A stretch of DNA of 64,000 nt from contig OZ244732.1 in NCBI GenBank assembly GCA_965219345.1, positions 1,120,001-1,184,000 of the forward strand, written 5' to 3'. A program made the position numbers and the translations under genes. This document shows positions 20,780-31,094 of this stretch, in pieces. This DNA comes from Nitrosopumilus sp. Its GTDB lineage: Archaea; Thermoproteota; Nitrososphaeria; Nitrososphaerales; Nitrosopumilaceae. The notes under the pieces were generated by a model that was not told where the DNA came from, did no database searches, and was given only the letters and a program-made list of their open reading frames with translations. Numbering within the stretch: position 1 is the first letter of the stretch; the number at the start of each line of letters is the position of its first letter.

Positions 20780-21463
20780 TTGACTGAACTAAAGATTCAG
20801 CACATCTTAACTCTCTCTTATCTTCTCTCTAAAGGAGCAAAACACAACTATGTTACTATCACTACTTCATCTCTCGGAAAAAATATCAAAAAATCACAAC
20901 AAGCTGCATCAAAACATTTGCTTGAATTAGAACAAAATAATTTCATTGAAAGATTAGCCAGTGGAAGAAATATCTCAGTAAAAATTACTACAAAAGGTTT
21001 CTCTGAAATGGTAAAACTCTCAGCTATTTTACAAAAAAGTCTGGATTCTTCCCCATCTCATGTTGAACTAAAAGGAACATTGGTTTCTGGAATGGGCGAA
21101 GGTGCATACTATATGGGACTAAAAGGATACACGAAACAGTTCAGACCAAAAATTGGATACATTCCATTTCCAGGAACTCTTAATATTAGATTGGATCAAA
21201 AAATTCACCAAGAAGCAATTAAACAATTTGAAGTTTTGGAGGGAATCAAAATTAACAGTTTTTCAGACGGCAAGAGAACCTATGGATGGGTAAAATGCTT
21301 TAAAGCAAAACTCAACAATTCAATTAATTGTGAGTTAATTGTTCTTGAACGAACTCATCATGATGATTCTATAATAGAGTTGATATCTAAAGTCTGTATG
21401 CGAAAAACTGCAAAACTAAAAGATGGTTCAAAAGTCTCAATTAAGATTCCAATAAATTCCTAA
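20780..21463 (+). CDS. ribK: CTP-dependent riboflavin kinase with N-terminal wHTH
   Basis: SQQAAS HTH, SGMGEG, PFPGTLN, RTHH. Confidence 0.9.
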   Translation: MTELKIQHILTLSYLLSKGAKHNYVTITTSSLGKNIKKSQQAASKHLLELEQNNFIERLASGRNISVKITTKGFSEMVKLSAILQKSLDSSPSHVELKGTLVSGMGEGAYYMGLKGYTKQFRPKIGYIPFPGTLNIRLDQKIHQEAIKQFEVLEGIKINSFSDGKRTYGWVKCFKAKLNNSINCELIVLERTHHDDSIIELISKVCMRKTAKLKDGSKVSIKIPINS

Positions 21464-22077
21464 ATGCCGTGAATTGATTCTCCATACTCTTTTTCTATTT
21501 TAGAGCTAGAGCTTTCAGGGATTGGGGATTGCAATCTTGCAACTTTTGCTTCAAGATCAATCTTTTTACATCCGTCTGTGATGAATTTCTCTTGATGAAT
21601 TTGATCATAACCAAGTGCAATAATTTGTGGCCTAACGCGATCAACTGTCTTAAAAATATCGTCTTCTTGTCCAACTAGACAAAGATCGACCATTGAAAGT
21701 GAATTTACTAATTCCTGTCTCTGTTTTTGAGCATGCAGTGGTTTTCTTTTTTTCATCTTTTCAGATGTGTTATCAGTTGCTACGACCACAACTAAAACAT
21801 CCCCTAATGCTTTTGCTGCATTAAGCGTGTGAATGTGACCTGGATGAATAATGTCAAAAACCCCCCCAGCTAACACCACATGTAATGAATTTCGTCCAAT
21901 TTCGGTAAGCGTATTTCTGTCCTCGTTTACAAGTTGATTTTTAATTAATTCATCAATCTTTGAATTAATCACATCTGACGAAAGCATGCTTTTCCTCTTA
22001 ACTATCTCAAGTGCTGATTTTCCGTTAATTTGGCACATATACATGGCAGAAAGAATTGCCTTTTCACTTATTTCCAA
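21460..22077 (-). CDS. ribL: FAD synthase (cytidylyltransferase family)
   Basis: GVFDIIHPGH and LGYDQ. Confidence 0.85.
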   Translation of the reverse strand: MEISEKAILSAMYMCQINGKSALEIVKRKSMLSSDVINSKIDELIKNQLVNEDRNTLTEIGRNSLHVVLAGGVFDIIHPGHIHTLNAAKALGDVLVVVVATDNTSEKMKKRKPLHAQKQRQELVNSLSMVDLCLVGQEDDIFKTVDRVRPQIIALGYDQIHQEKFITDGCKKIDLEAKVARLQSPIPESSSSKIEKEYGESIHGI

Positions 22078-22122
22078 TATTATTCCTATTTCTAGGCCCT
22101 CTCTTTAATTCATCGCAAAAGA

Positions 22123-23160
22123 TTACGTCTTTCGATCAAGGCCTTTTGCCAATCTCAACGCATCTACAAGCCCATCTGCATACCCAATACTCAAAATTGC
22201 TACTTCATCTTGACCATCTTCTAGAAATTTCTCTGCGTCTTGTATGTACAATTCTGCATTTTCTAAAATTTTTTGAAATTCTTTTTGATCTTTATAATAT
22301 GGTTCGACTTCTTCAAGGGCCTCTTTAACCATTGGAACGTACTTTTCTATCATCTGAATTGAAATCTTCTTTGTTTTTTCAGAATTATCAAATGGATCAT
22401 CAATACATTCTCCTAGGATCTTCAAGGCATCTGATTCAGTAAAGTGTAATCTACCTGGAATGATTATAGTATGTGGTGGCTTTCCAAAATCTTTTTTCTT
22501 CAAACTAGATATTTTACCTGAAATAATTGATTGATCCTCGAATCCTATTCTTGATGCAATTACAGCATAGGTAGATGAAGATATGACATTTCTTCTTTGT
22601 CCTTTCTCTGTTTCTAATAATCCATTTAACGCCTCTTTAGGATCCAAGAAAAAATCTTTGTCTTGATTATATTCTAATAGGAGTACTGTATGATTTCCTT
22701 CAATGATATTTTTGTAAATTAGATAATATGGCGTTGTAAGTGATTTCATCTCACTCATTATTGTTGCAATTCTTCCAATTTTGTAAAAATGTAAACCACA
22801 TTCCCCAATAATTGAAGTAAGTGATGATGAAGCATGAACGGAATGTGTCTTTATTTTTTCTTCAATTGCTCTTGTTCTTAATTCAATATGCGTTGTTGCA
22901 ATGTATGGATCTCCATATGAGAGCAAAACCACTTTCTTCTTCTTTGCATTTTGTAAAATCTCATTTCCGTCTTCTACTAACCATCTTTTTGCAGGTTTGA
23001 ATTCACCTTTTGCCGCATTTTTGATTTTATCAAAATCAGACTTTTCAATTGGACTGGTAAATTGTTCAAGATAAACAATATCAGCTTTTGATAAAATATC
23101 CAAGCCTTCACTGGGAATTGATTTGAATCCAGAAATTCCTAAACCAACAAACCAAAGCAT
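22123..23160 (-). CDS. dph5: Diphthine synthase (with C-terminal DUF357-like domain)
   Basis: FVGLG, YLEQFTS, GDPYIATTH, GKPPH. Confidence 0.92.
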   Translation of the reverse strand: MLWFVGLGISGFKSIPSEGLDILSKADIVYLEQFTSPIEKSDFDKIKNAAKGEFKPAKRWLVEDGNEILQNAKKKKVVLLSYGDPYIATTHIELRTRAIEEKIKTHSVHASSSLTSIIGECGLHFYKIGRIATIMSEMKSLTTPYYLIYKNIIEGNHTVLLLEYNQDKDFFLDPKEALNGLLETEKGQRRNVISSSTYAVIASRIGFEDQSIISGKISSLKKKDFGKPPHTIIIPGRLHFTESDALKILGECIDDPFDNSEKTKKISIQMIEKYVPMVKEALEEVEPYYKDQKEFQKILENAELYIQDAEKFLEDGQDEVAILSIGYADGLVDALRLAKGLDRKT

Positions 23161-24287
23161 TACTGCATCTTTCTATCATGAAGTCTTTTTAAGTGCTGAA
23201 GAGCTTTCTTGAGAATCTCTATTCCTCTTAGAAATTCATCGATTGAGACTTTCTCATCAATTGTATGAGCCTCATGTGGATCACCCGGACCATATGTGAC
23301 AACAGGAATCTTCCACTGATTTCCAAGAACATTCATGTCTCCTGTACCTGTTTTTCTGATTAGAGTTGGCCTTGAATGTTCTATATCCATAATTCCAAGG
23401 GTAAATGCCCTAACCAATGGTGAATTATGAGCTGCCTCAAAAGGTTCTGTCTCATCAAGAATTGAATAAAATGCCTCTACTCCCCTTTTCTCCGCAATTT
23501 CTCTTACTAACGTTGAAATTTTTTGTTCAATGGATTTACAGTTCATATCAACGGGAATTCTAATATCAAAAATAGTTTCACATTCTCTTGGAGTTACATT
23601 ATGACTAATTCCTCCCTTAATTTCAGTTACAGTAGCAGTCAATAACATTCCTTTTGTTTTGTCATCTTGATCGACTTCTAACCCTTCTTTGAGTTCTTTT
23701 GCAAAAACCATTGATTCTTGAATTGCATTTTTTGAAAGCCATGGTGCACTTGCATGGGAGCTGTCCTCAACGCTAACTTTGAGATTAATTGCTAGTCTTC
23801 CTTTGTATGCAATTGTGACTTGTTTAACTCCACTTGGTTCCCCAAAAATTGCATAATCAACTCCCATATTTTTTTTCACTAGATTTTTTATTCCTATGGC
23901 ACTTCCTTCTTCATCTACAGCTGCTACAAAAATTATGGTTCCGTTATTATTTTGAATTGATGCTGCAGCAAATAACATCGCAATTAATGGCGCTTTTGCA
24001 TCTGATGCCCCACGACCATAAAGTGAATCTCCCTCTTTCCTAACTTTGACTTTTCCAGGAACAACATCCATGTGTCCACATAGCATAATTTTTGGTGAAC
24101 CTGTTCCTTTCTTTGCAATTAAATTTCCCACTTCATCAATTTGAATATCTTCAAATCCTAAATCATCACATTTATCAGCTAAAAAATCTGCCATTGGTTT
24201 TTCACTGAGAGATGGCGTGTAAAGTGAAAGTGCTTTCTCAAGTGTCTTTACTGTAAATTCTGGTGTAACTGTAAAATGAGTATTCAA
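23160..24287 (-). CDS. lysK: LysW-lysine/ornithine hydrolase (M20 peptidase)
   Basis: GHMDVV, GRGASDAK, DEE, GTGDMN, YGPGD; operon context. Confidence 0.9.
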   Translation of the reverse strand: MNTHFTVTPEFTVKTLEKALSLYTPSLSEKPMADFLADKCDDLGFEDIQIDEVGNLIAKKGTGSPKIMLCGHMDVVPGKVKVRKEGDSLYGRGASDAKAPLIAMLFAAASIQNNNGTIIFVAAVDEEGSAIGIKNLVKKNMGVDYAIFGEPSGVKQVTIAYKGRLAINLKVSVEDSSHASAPWLSKNAIQESMVFAKELKEGLEVDQDDKTKGMLLTATVTEIKGGISHNVTPRECETIFDIRIPVDMNCKSIEQKISTLVREIAEKRGVEAFYSILDETEPFEAAHNSPLVRAFTLGIMDIEHSRPTLIRKTGTGDMNVLGNQWKIPVVTYGPGDPHEAHTIDEKVSIDEFLRGIEILKKALQHLKRLHDRKMQ

Positions 24288-24289
24288 TT

Positions 24290-25138
24290 CTACTTACCCA
24301 TCTTTATTGCGTAATCCAACATTAAGGAAGGAATGTCCACTTTACATACTCTAACTGTATTCTTGTATTCTGTTGTACTGTTAACCTCATGAACAACTAG
24401 TCCTTTTTCATCACTTTCCATCAAATCCACCCCTACGATATCTCCCCGAACTGCATTTTTTGCCTTAATACACATTTCTTCCATTTCTGAAGTGACCTTG
24501 CATGGTTCTGCAACTCCCCCAAGTGCCATATTTGTTTTCCAATTTCCATTTCCAGAAGTCCTGTAAATTGCTGCAACTATTTTGTCCCCTACCATTATAG
24601 CCCGAATGTCTCTTGGTGGTCTTTTAACAAATTCTTCTAGATAATGAATTTGGTGAATTGGGTACATATTCTCTCTACTCTCAATAATTCCTGCAGCAGA
24701 TTCTTTGTCGTTTAATTTTGAAATCAATCTGCCCCAACTACCAACTGTTGGTTTGATTATTCTGGGGAATCCTTGTGTTTCTAATGCTTGTAAAGCTGAT
24801 TCTTTTGAAAAAGCAACTGTTGCATCAGGTGTTGGTACTCCAAATTTCTTTAGCAACATATGTGTGAATAATTTATTTCCTGCAAAAACACCTGTATTGA
24901 GACAATTGATTACCTTGACCCCAAGTCCTTCTAGGGCTGCAGTTGAATGCAAGTTTCTATAGTAACTCACACATCTCTGAATAACTATGCCATAATCCTC
25001 AGGTTTTTTTTCTAAATCCAATGCTAGTTTCTTACAATTAACCATCTGAATGTTGATGTTGTTTTTCTTACCAGCTTCTAGCAGAGCCTTTTCTTCCCAA
25101 CGGATGGTATCGTAAAGAATAGTAACGTCAGGACTCAC
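24290..25138 (-). CDS. lysX: RimK-family ATP-grasp LysW ligase
   Basis: KPTVGSWGR, RDIR, WKTN, HEVN. Confidence 0.9.
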   Translation of the reverse strand: MSPDVTILYDTIRWEEKALLEAGKKNNINIQMVNCKKLALDLEKKPEDYGIVIQRCVSYYRNLHSTAALEGLGVKVINCLNTGVFAGNKLFTHMLLKKFGVPTPDATVAFSKESALQALETQGFPRIIKPTVGSWGRLISKLNDKESAAGIIESRENMYPIHQIHYLEEFVKRPPRDIRAIMVGDKIVAAIYRTSGNGNWKTNMALGGVAEPCKVTSEMEEMCIKAKNAVRGDIVGVDLMESDEKGLVVHEVNSTTEYKNTVRVCKVDIPSLMLDYAIKMGK

Positions 25139-25302
25139 TGTCCCCAATCCTCGCCAACCGTTTGGGCAGGCTTTAGATCAAAACCGTCTGAACCTTTTGT
25201 TAACTCAAAACTTGCACCGCATTCTGGACATGTTACAATCTCTCCTTCAAGTGCATCACTTGGTATGGAAATATCTGCATCACATTCTTCACATTTTGAC
25301 AT
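25135..25302 (-). CDS. lysW: LysW carrier protein, variant ending EDWGQ
   Basis: CEEC...CPECG zinc ribbon; codons GAG GAT TGG GGA CAG TGA. Confidence 0.9.
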   Translation of the reverse strand: MSKCEECDADISIPSDALEGEIVTCPECGASFELTKGSDGFDLKPAQTVGEDWGQ

Positions 25303-25324
25303 GTTATCTTCTACATCCTCCTCT

Positions 25325-26491
25325 CTATTTATCACTAATTATCTTTTTTTCAAGTCTATCTTCAAGTGGAATTTCAATAAGATCACCCATTCTGAGATTC
25401 TTTAATCCAGCCGCAACTGCTTTTGCACCTTCATCGTCTTTTTCAAGACCTAATAGTGACATTAGATATGTAGCTCCTGTCTTTCCTACCAATTCCCCAA
25501 AAACAATTGTTCTTCTATTTCCAACTGCTCTTGGTGGTATGGGCTCGTAGGCTGCAGGGTTTCTGAGAATTGCTGCTAGGTGTGTTCCTGCTTTGTGTTT
25601 GTAAGCAGACGTTCCTACAATTGGTTTTGAGTCATATGGTTTGATTGATGTATAATCTTCAATTAATCTAGACAGATCCAATAACATATCCAGTCTAAAA
25701 TCGTTTGGTGATTTGTATAGATAAGTAAGTGCCACAGCAACTTCTGCAAGAGGTGGAATTCCTGTTCTTTCTCCAATTCCATCGATAGTAGTGTGAATCT
25801 GATCGACACCTGCATCACATGCTGAAAATGCATTTGCTACTGCAAATCCAATATCGTTGTGAACGTGTGCATCTAATGGCACATCCACTGTATCCCTAAC
25901 TTTCCTGACAAAATTATACATCCCAATTGGACGCAAAATTCCAACTGTATCTGGAAGACTGATTCTATCAACTCCTGCTTCTTCAATTGCCTTGCAAACT
26001 TTGAGCAAAAACTCAGGTTCTGCCCTACTTCCATCTTCTACTGTAAATCTAATTTTAAGACCATGAGATTTTGCATACTCTACAGTTTCTACAGATCTGT
26101 TAATTGCTTCTTCTCTTGAAATTCGTAGTTTATCTTTTAGATGAATATCTGAAATTCCTAGATATGCAGCACACCATTTTGCATCACAATCTAATGATAC
26201 ATCAATGTCTGTTTTGAGAGCACGTCCATGAGAAACAATATCTGCCTTTAATCCTTGTTTGATGATTGTCTTGGTTGCTTCTTTGTGATCATTTGAAATA
26301 ACTGGTGAGATTTCAATTTGATCTACTCCAAAATAATCTAGCATCCATGCAATCTGAATTCTTTGTTTATTTGTAAATGAAACACCTGGATGTTGTTCTC
26401 CTTCTCTTAGAGTACTGTCTAGGACTCTAATCTTCTTTGGATTTCTGTTTAATGCGTTGTAGATGTTTGCATAGTGATTCGGATCTTTCAT
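25325..26491 (-). CDS. Homocitrate synthase (LeuA family)
   Basis: DSTLREGEQ, HVHND, GIGERTG, HKAGTH; located in the lys operon. Confidence 0.85.
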   Translation of the reverse strand: MKDPNHYANIYNALNRNPKKIRVLDSTLREGEQHPGVSFTNKQRIQIAWMLDYFGVDQIEISPVISNDHKEATKTIIKQGLKADIVSHGRALKTDIDVSLDCDAKWCAAYLGISDIHLKDKLRISREEAINRSVETVEYAKSHGLKIRFTVEDGSRAEPEFLLKVCKAIEEAGVDRISLPDTVGILRPIGMYNFVRKVRDTVDVPLDAHVHNDIGFAVANAFSACDAGVDQIHTTIDGIGERTGIPPLAEVAVALTYLYKSPNDFRLDMLLDLSRLIEDYTSIKPYDSKPIVGTSAYKHKAGTHLAAILRNPAAYEPIPPRAVGNRRTIVFGELVGKTGATYLMSLLGLEKDDEGAKAVAAGLKNLRMGDLIEIPLEDRLEKKIISDK

Positions 26492-26608
26492 TACTGAAAT
26501 CGCTGGTTCAAATTGAGAATATAAACATATTCGTACTAGGTTCGTTGGAAATAATCAATACTGATCCTAATTTAGTTTTGAATTGAAATTATGAAACGAA
26601 AGTCGTTT

Positions 26609-27028
26609 TTAGATTACTTTTTTCAAAATGATCACAGTATTTGTATCAACTACTCCTGGAATCTTTCTTAATGCATCAATACTATTATTAATTTCAGCAA
26701 TCGTTGCTGCACTAATAATTACTGTAATGTCGTATTGACCTGTAATTTCATAAACTGTTTTCACTCCTTCTAATTTAGTAAGTCGTAAAGAAACTTTAGA
26801 TGTGTCTGTTGCAGAATCTACTGAAACTAAAACAATTGCACTAGTAGCATTTTCCTCACCAAGTTCTAAAGTAAATTTTTTGATAGTCCCACTACCTAGT
26901 AAATTTTTTACACGTCTTCTTACTGCTGATTCAGAAAGCTTTAGTTTTTTGCCAATGTCCACAAATGATTCTCTAGCGTTTTCTTTTAGATATTCAATAA
27001 TCTTTTCATCCACTTTATCTCTGTACAT
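26609..27028 (-). CDS. lysM: Lrp/AsnC regulator LysM
   Basis: LSESAVRRRV HTH and ITGQYD; operon context. Confidence 0.85.
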   Translation of the reverse strand: MYRDKVDEKIIEYLKENARESFVDIGKKLKLSESAVRRRVKNLLGSGTIKKFTLELGEENATSAIVLVSVDSATDTSKVSLRLTKLEGVKTVYEITGQYDITVIISAATIAEINNSIDALRKIPGVVDTNTVIILKKVI

Positions 27029-28196
27029 TACGTTTTTGCTCCTCTTCAGTTAGTATAGAATCAAGAGCATGTAAAACCTTTGTTATATCGTCCTCAGATA
27101 TTACTAGTGGTGGAAGAATTCTTAGTATGTTTCTTCCAGAGTATAGCATTAGAATACCTTTTTTTATCAATTCCATTAGAATACCTTTAATTTCGAATTT
27201 CATCTCTATTCCTATCATGAGTCCTTTTCCGCGAATTTCTCTAATCATAGTGTGCTTTTCTTTTAGTTTCTCTAATCCTTCTCTGAAAATTTTCCCCATC
27301 TTCTCAGAATTCTCAACCAACCCATCTTCCGTTAATGCTTTAAGAGCTGCAATTCCTGCTGCACAAGATATTGGGTTTCCTCCAAATGTTGAAGAATGTT
27401 CTCCCTTATTCATTGCAGCTAGAATGTCAGGTCTTACAAGAGTTGCACCCATTGGTACTCCGCCCGCTATTCCTTTTGCTAAACACAAAATATCTGGTGC
27501 AGTATTCCAATGATCACAAGCCCATAATCGTCCGGTTCTGCCTAAACCAGCTTGTATTTCGTCAAAAATTAACAGAATTCCTTTTTCATCACAAAGGCTT
27601 CTCACTTCTTGCAAAAATCCTTCTGGTGCAACGATAATTCCACTTTCGCCTTGAATTGGTTCTATAACTACAAAAGATGTGTCATCATCAATAACTGAAC
27701 GAAGTGATTTTATATCTCCAAAAGATGCAAAAGAAACTTTCTCAACAAGCGGTTCAAATGGTTTTCTATATTTTGGACCAAACGTTAACGACAAAGCACC
27801 AAAAGATTTTCCGTGATAGGAACCTTTCATTGCAACCATTCCTTTTTTACCAGTAAACTTTCTTGCAAACTTTATCGCAGCTTCTATTGCCTCTGCTCCA
27901 CTATTGTTTAGATGAACTTGTGTGAGTCCTTTGGGGGCTAGTCCGATAAGCGTTTTCAAAAACTCTTCTCTTGTTTTGTTGTATAATGAACTATGAACAG
28001 TGATAATTTTATCCAGTTGTTCTTTTATTGCTTTGTTAACTCTTTGATTTTGATGACCTACTAGTGCAACACCATATCCTCCCATACAATCGATGTATTC
28101 TTTTCCATCAATATCCCATACGTGAGCTCCAATCCCTTTTTCAATTGTAACTGGAAATCTCTGATAGAGATTTCCCATAAATTGTTCTTCACTCAT
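27015..28196 (-). CDS. lysJ: LysW-semialdehyde aminotransferase (class III)
   Basis: EPIQGE, DEIQAGLGRTG, AKGIAGG, STFGGNP. Confidence 0.9.
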   Translation of the reverse strand: MSEEQFMGNLYQRFPVTIEKGIGAHVWDIDGKEYIDCMGGYGVALVGHQNQRVNKAIKEQLDKIITVHSSLYNKTREEFLKTLIGLAPKGLTQVHLNNSGAEAIEAAIKFARKFTGKKGMVAMKGSYHGKSFGALSLTFGPKYRKPFEPLVEKVSFASFGDIKSLRSVIDDDTSFVVIEPIQGESGIIVAPEGFLQEVRSLCDEKGILLIFDEIQAGLGRTGRLWACDHWNTAPDILCLAKGIAGGVPMGATLVRPDILAAMNKGEHSSTFGGNPISCAAGIAALKALTEDGLVENSEKMGKIFREGLEKLKEKHTMIREIRGKGLMIGIEMKFEIKGILMELIKKGILMLYSGRNILRILPPLVISEDDITKVLHALDSILTEEEQKRNVQR

Positions 28197-28992
28197 GTTC
28201 AATCACCGTACAATTATCGTGTGCAATTGCAGAAGATATCGGATCTTCTCTCTGACCATTTGCAATCAATGCTTCTTTGACACCCATGTCCAATGCCTCC
28301 GTAGCTGCTAAAATCTTCTTTTCCATTCCTGGTCCTGTTTTTGGTCTGATTTCTTTTGCTTCTGCTAATGCTAGTTTAGGAACAAGTTTGTCATCCATTA
28401 AGAGTCCATCAACATCTGTAATGAATAACACTTTATCACTGCCTACTTTTCCTGCCACATATGCTGCCGCTCGGTCTCCATCAACATTAAGAAATTCCGA
28501 CTCTTCACTAATTGCTATTGGTGAAATAACAGGTGTAAGTCCTTGTTCTAAGAGTAATTTAATTAATCCCGAGTTTATTTCTCTAATTTTTCCAGTGTAG
28601 CCTCCATCAATTGCTTGTTTTCTACCTTTTTCATTAACTATGAGAAGTTTCTTTTTTCTGTCAGCTTCTATAACTTTGGCATCAACTCCTGAAAGACCAA
28701 TTGCATTAATGCCATTTTTCTGAAGCATTTTAACAATTGTCTTGTTTATTCTACCAGACATTACCATTGTAAAAATCTCAGCAGTCTCTTTGTCAGTATA
28801 TCTGCTTTTGATTCCACTGGGGGATGTTACAAATTTTGGTTCTTTTCCAAGTTGTTTACAAACTTTTGTAACCTCTTTTCCACCACCATGAACTAAAATA
28901 ACTCCTTCTGATTCTACTATTTTTTTAATGTCTGCAATTGTCGATGGATGTAAATTATCTACTACGCTTCCGCCAATTTTAATTGTAATCAT
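28189..28992 (-). CDS. lysZ: LysW-aminoadipate/glutamate kinase
   Basis: IKIGGS, VHGGG, NVDGDRAA. Confidence 0.9.
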   Translation of the reverse strand: MITIKIGGSVVDNLHPSTIADIKKIVESEGVILVHGGGKEVTKVCKQLGKEPKFVTSPSGIKSRYTDKETAEIFTMVMSGRINKTIVKMLQKNGINAIGLSGVDAKVIEADRKKKLLIVNEKGRKQAIDGGYTGKIREINSGLIKLLLEQGLTPVISPIAISEESEFLNVDGDRAAAYVAGKVGSDKVLFITDVDGLLMDDKLVPKLALAEAKEIRPKTGPGMEKKILAATEALDMGVKEALIANGQREDPISSAIAHDNCTVIEHE

Positions 28993-28994
28993 TT

Positions 28995-30041
28995 CTATAC
29001 GGGAGTAAGCGGAGTGTATCTTAGTCCATCCATTTCATCAAAACCACACATCACATTCATATTTTGAACTGCAGAACCCGCCGCACCTTTCATCAAGTTA
29101 TCTGATGCAGATAATGCAACTAATCTGTTATTATCTTCGTCTATATCAAATCCAATATCACAAAAGTTTGAACCGACCAAGAACTTTGGATCTGGGAATT
29201 TGTACAATCCCTTTTTGTCTCGAATAAGTCTGATAAATTTTTCATCACCATAGGCTTGACGATACAATTTCCACAATTCTTTTTCATCTATGTCTTTTTG
29301 CATGAATGTATGGTTTGTACATAAAATTCCACGAACTACATCCACTGCATGTGGACTCATTGAAACATGAATCTTCTTTCCTGCAATTTCACTCAGTTCT
29401 TGCTCAATCTCACCAGTATGTCTGTGCTTCGCTGGTTTGTATGGTCTGATTACTCCAGCTCTCATTGCATGAGCAGTTCCAGAACCTGAACCCGCGCCAG
29501 AAGATCCAATCTTTGAATCTACAATTATGTGCTCTGTCTCAATAATATTATTTTTAATTAATGGAGCAAGTGCTAGTATTGACGTAACTGCCATGCATCC
29601 TGGACAAGAAACAAGTTGTGCTTTTTTGATTTCTTCCCTGTGTAATTCAGGAACCCCAAAAACTGATTTTGGCAAATAATCAGGATGTGGATGTTCCCAT
29701 CCATACCATTTGTCGTAATCTACTTGGTCATGTAATCTGTAATCCGCACTCAAATCAATTATTTTGATGCCTCTGTCATAGAGAGCCTTTACAATTTCGG
29801 TTGCGGTACCATGTGGAACAGCTGTGAAAACTAGATCACATTTGTCAGTTAATTTGTCATAATCCAATTCTGAGAAGGTGAGGTCAGTAAATCCCTTCAA
29901 ACTTGGTTGTACTCTATGAAGAAATTCGCCAACATGCTGTCTTGATGTCACCATGGCTATCTCGACATCTGGATGGTTAACAAGAAGACGAAGTGTTTCT
30001 CCTCCAACATAACCTGATGCACCTACAATACCTACTTTCAT
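28995..30041 (-). CDS. lysY: LysW-phosphate reductase (ArgC family)
   Basis: GASGYVG, PGC, DNLMKGAAG. Confidence 0.9.
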   Translation of the reverse strand: MKVGIVGASGYVGGETLRLLVNHPDVEIAMVTSRQHVGEFLHRVQPSLKGFTDLTFSELDYDKLTDKCDLVFTAVPHGTATEIVKALYDRGIKIIDLSADYRLHDQVDYDKWYGWEHPHPDYLPKSVFGVPELHREEIKKAQLVSCPGCMAVTSILALAPLIKNNIIETEHIIVDSKIGSSGAGSGSGTAHAMRAGVIRPYKPAKHRHTGEIEQELSEIAGKKIHVSMSPHAVDVVRGILCTNHTFMQKDIDEKELWKLYRQAYGDEKFIRLIRDKKGLYKFPDPKFLVGSNFCDIGFDIDEDNNRLVALSASDNLMKGAAGSAVQNMNVMCGFDEMDGLRYTPLTPV

Positions 30042-30069
30042 GATAAACCTCCTCGTAAAGAAGTATAAT

Positions 30070-30927
30070 TTATTTCCTAACGTAATTTAGAGCAAATTCT
30101 ATCATTTCTTTTGGAATGTTTCGTTGTGCAACTCTTGCTAATCCTTTGAATTCAACTGTATTGTTGACTTCGTGTACAACTAAGCCTCTTTCATCATCTT
30201 CCATCATGTCGATTCCTAAAATTCCGCCACCCATGGCTTTTGATGCTTTCATTGCCATATCCTCCATCTCTTTTGTGATCTCACAAAGTTCTGGATCTGC
30301 TCCAAGTGCTATGTTTGTCTTAAACCCACCTGATGATTTTCTGTACATGGCTGCAATAGCCTCGTCCCCTATTGTGATTACTCTGATGTCCCTTGGTGGC
30401 CTTTTGATTAATTCTTGCAAGTAGTAAATTCTATCGTGTGGGCTATCTGTAATATTTCTTATTTCAAGAACTGCATCCATAGTATCTTTGTCTTTAATTG
30501 GCATTACCCCCCTGCCCCAACTTCCTATTACTGGTTTGATAACTAGAGGATATCCAACTTTTTCTAAATTCTCCGCTGCACTTTTACTGGAAAATGAAAA
30601 GTATGTTTTTGGTGTTGGAATGTTATTTTTTTTCAAAAGCAAAGTCATAAACATCTTATTTCCACAAACGTTTGCAACATCAAATTTGTTTAGAACTGGA
30701 ATGTCCATAAATTCCAGACTTGCAGTAAAGTGAAGTCCTCTAAAATAACTGACACATCTTTCTAAAACAACATCTCCAAGGTCATAGTCTTCTTTTTTAC
30801 TATCTGTGTTAACTTGAGTGATCTTTGCATCTAACATCACTGCATCATGTCCCAGATCTGATGCCTCTTTCTGAAGCATTTTTTCTTCCGTTCTTAGACG
30901 GTCAAATACGATACATACTTTTGACAT
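30070..30927 (-). CDS. argX: Second RimK-family LysW ligase (LysX/ArgX paralogue)
   Basis: KPVIGSWGR and HEVNN; next to argG. The lysX versus argX assignment is from context only. Confidence 0.75.
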   Translation of the reverse strand: MSKVCIVFDRLRTEEKMLQKEASDLGHDAVMLDAKITQVNTDSKKEDYDLGDVVLERCVSYFRGLHFTASLEFMDIPVLNKFDVANVCGNKMFMTLLLKKNNIPTPKTYFSFSSKSAAENLEKVGYPLVIKPVIGSWGRGVMPIKDKDTMDAVLEIRNITDSPHDRIYYLQELIKRPPRDIRVITIGDEAIAAMYRKSSGGFKTNIALGADPELCEITKEMEDMAMKASKAMGGGILGIDMMEDDERGLVVHEVNNTVEFKGLARVAQRNIPKEMIEFALNYVRK

Positions 30928-31094
30928 TACTCTCCCCAGTCTTCGCCTACGCTTTCTGCTTGCTTAAGCTCAACATTTGATCCGTCTTTTTTTGAGATTT
31001 CAAAGTCAGCACCACAATCAGGACAGGAGATTATTTCTCCAACTGAGGCATCGTCTGGGATGTTTAGTGTTGCATCACATTCTGGGCAGTTCAT
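30927..31094 (-). CDS. lysW: LysW/ArgW carrier protein ending in canonical EDWGE (not in the ORF track)
   Basis: Hand translation MNCPECDATL...CPDCG...VGEDWGE*. Confidence 0.92.
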   Translation of the reverse strand: MNCPECDATLNIPDDASVGEIISCPDCGADFEISKKDGSNVELKQAESVGEDWGE

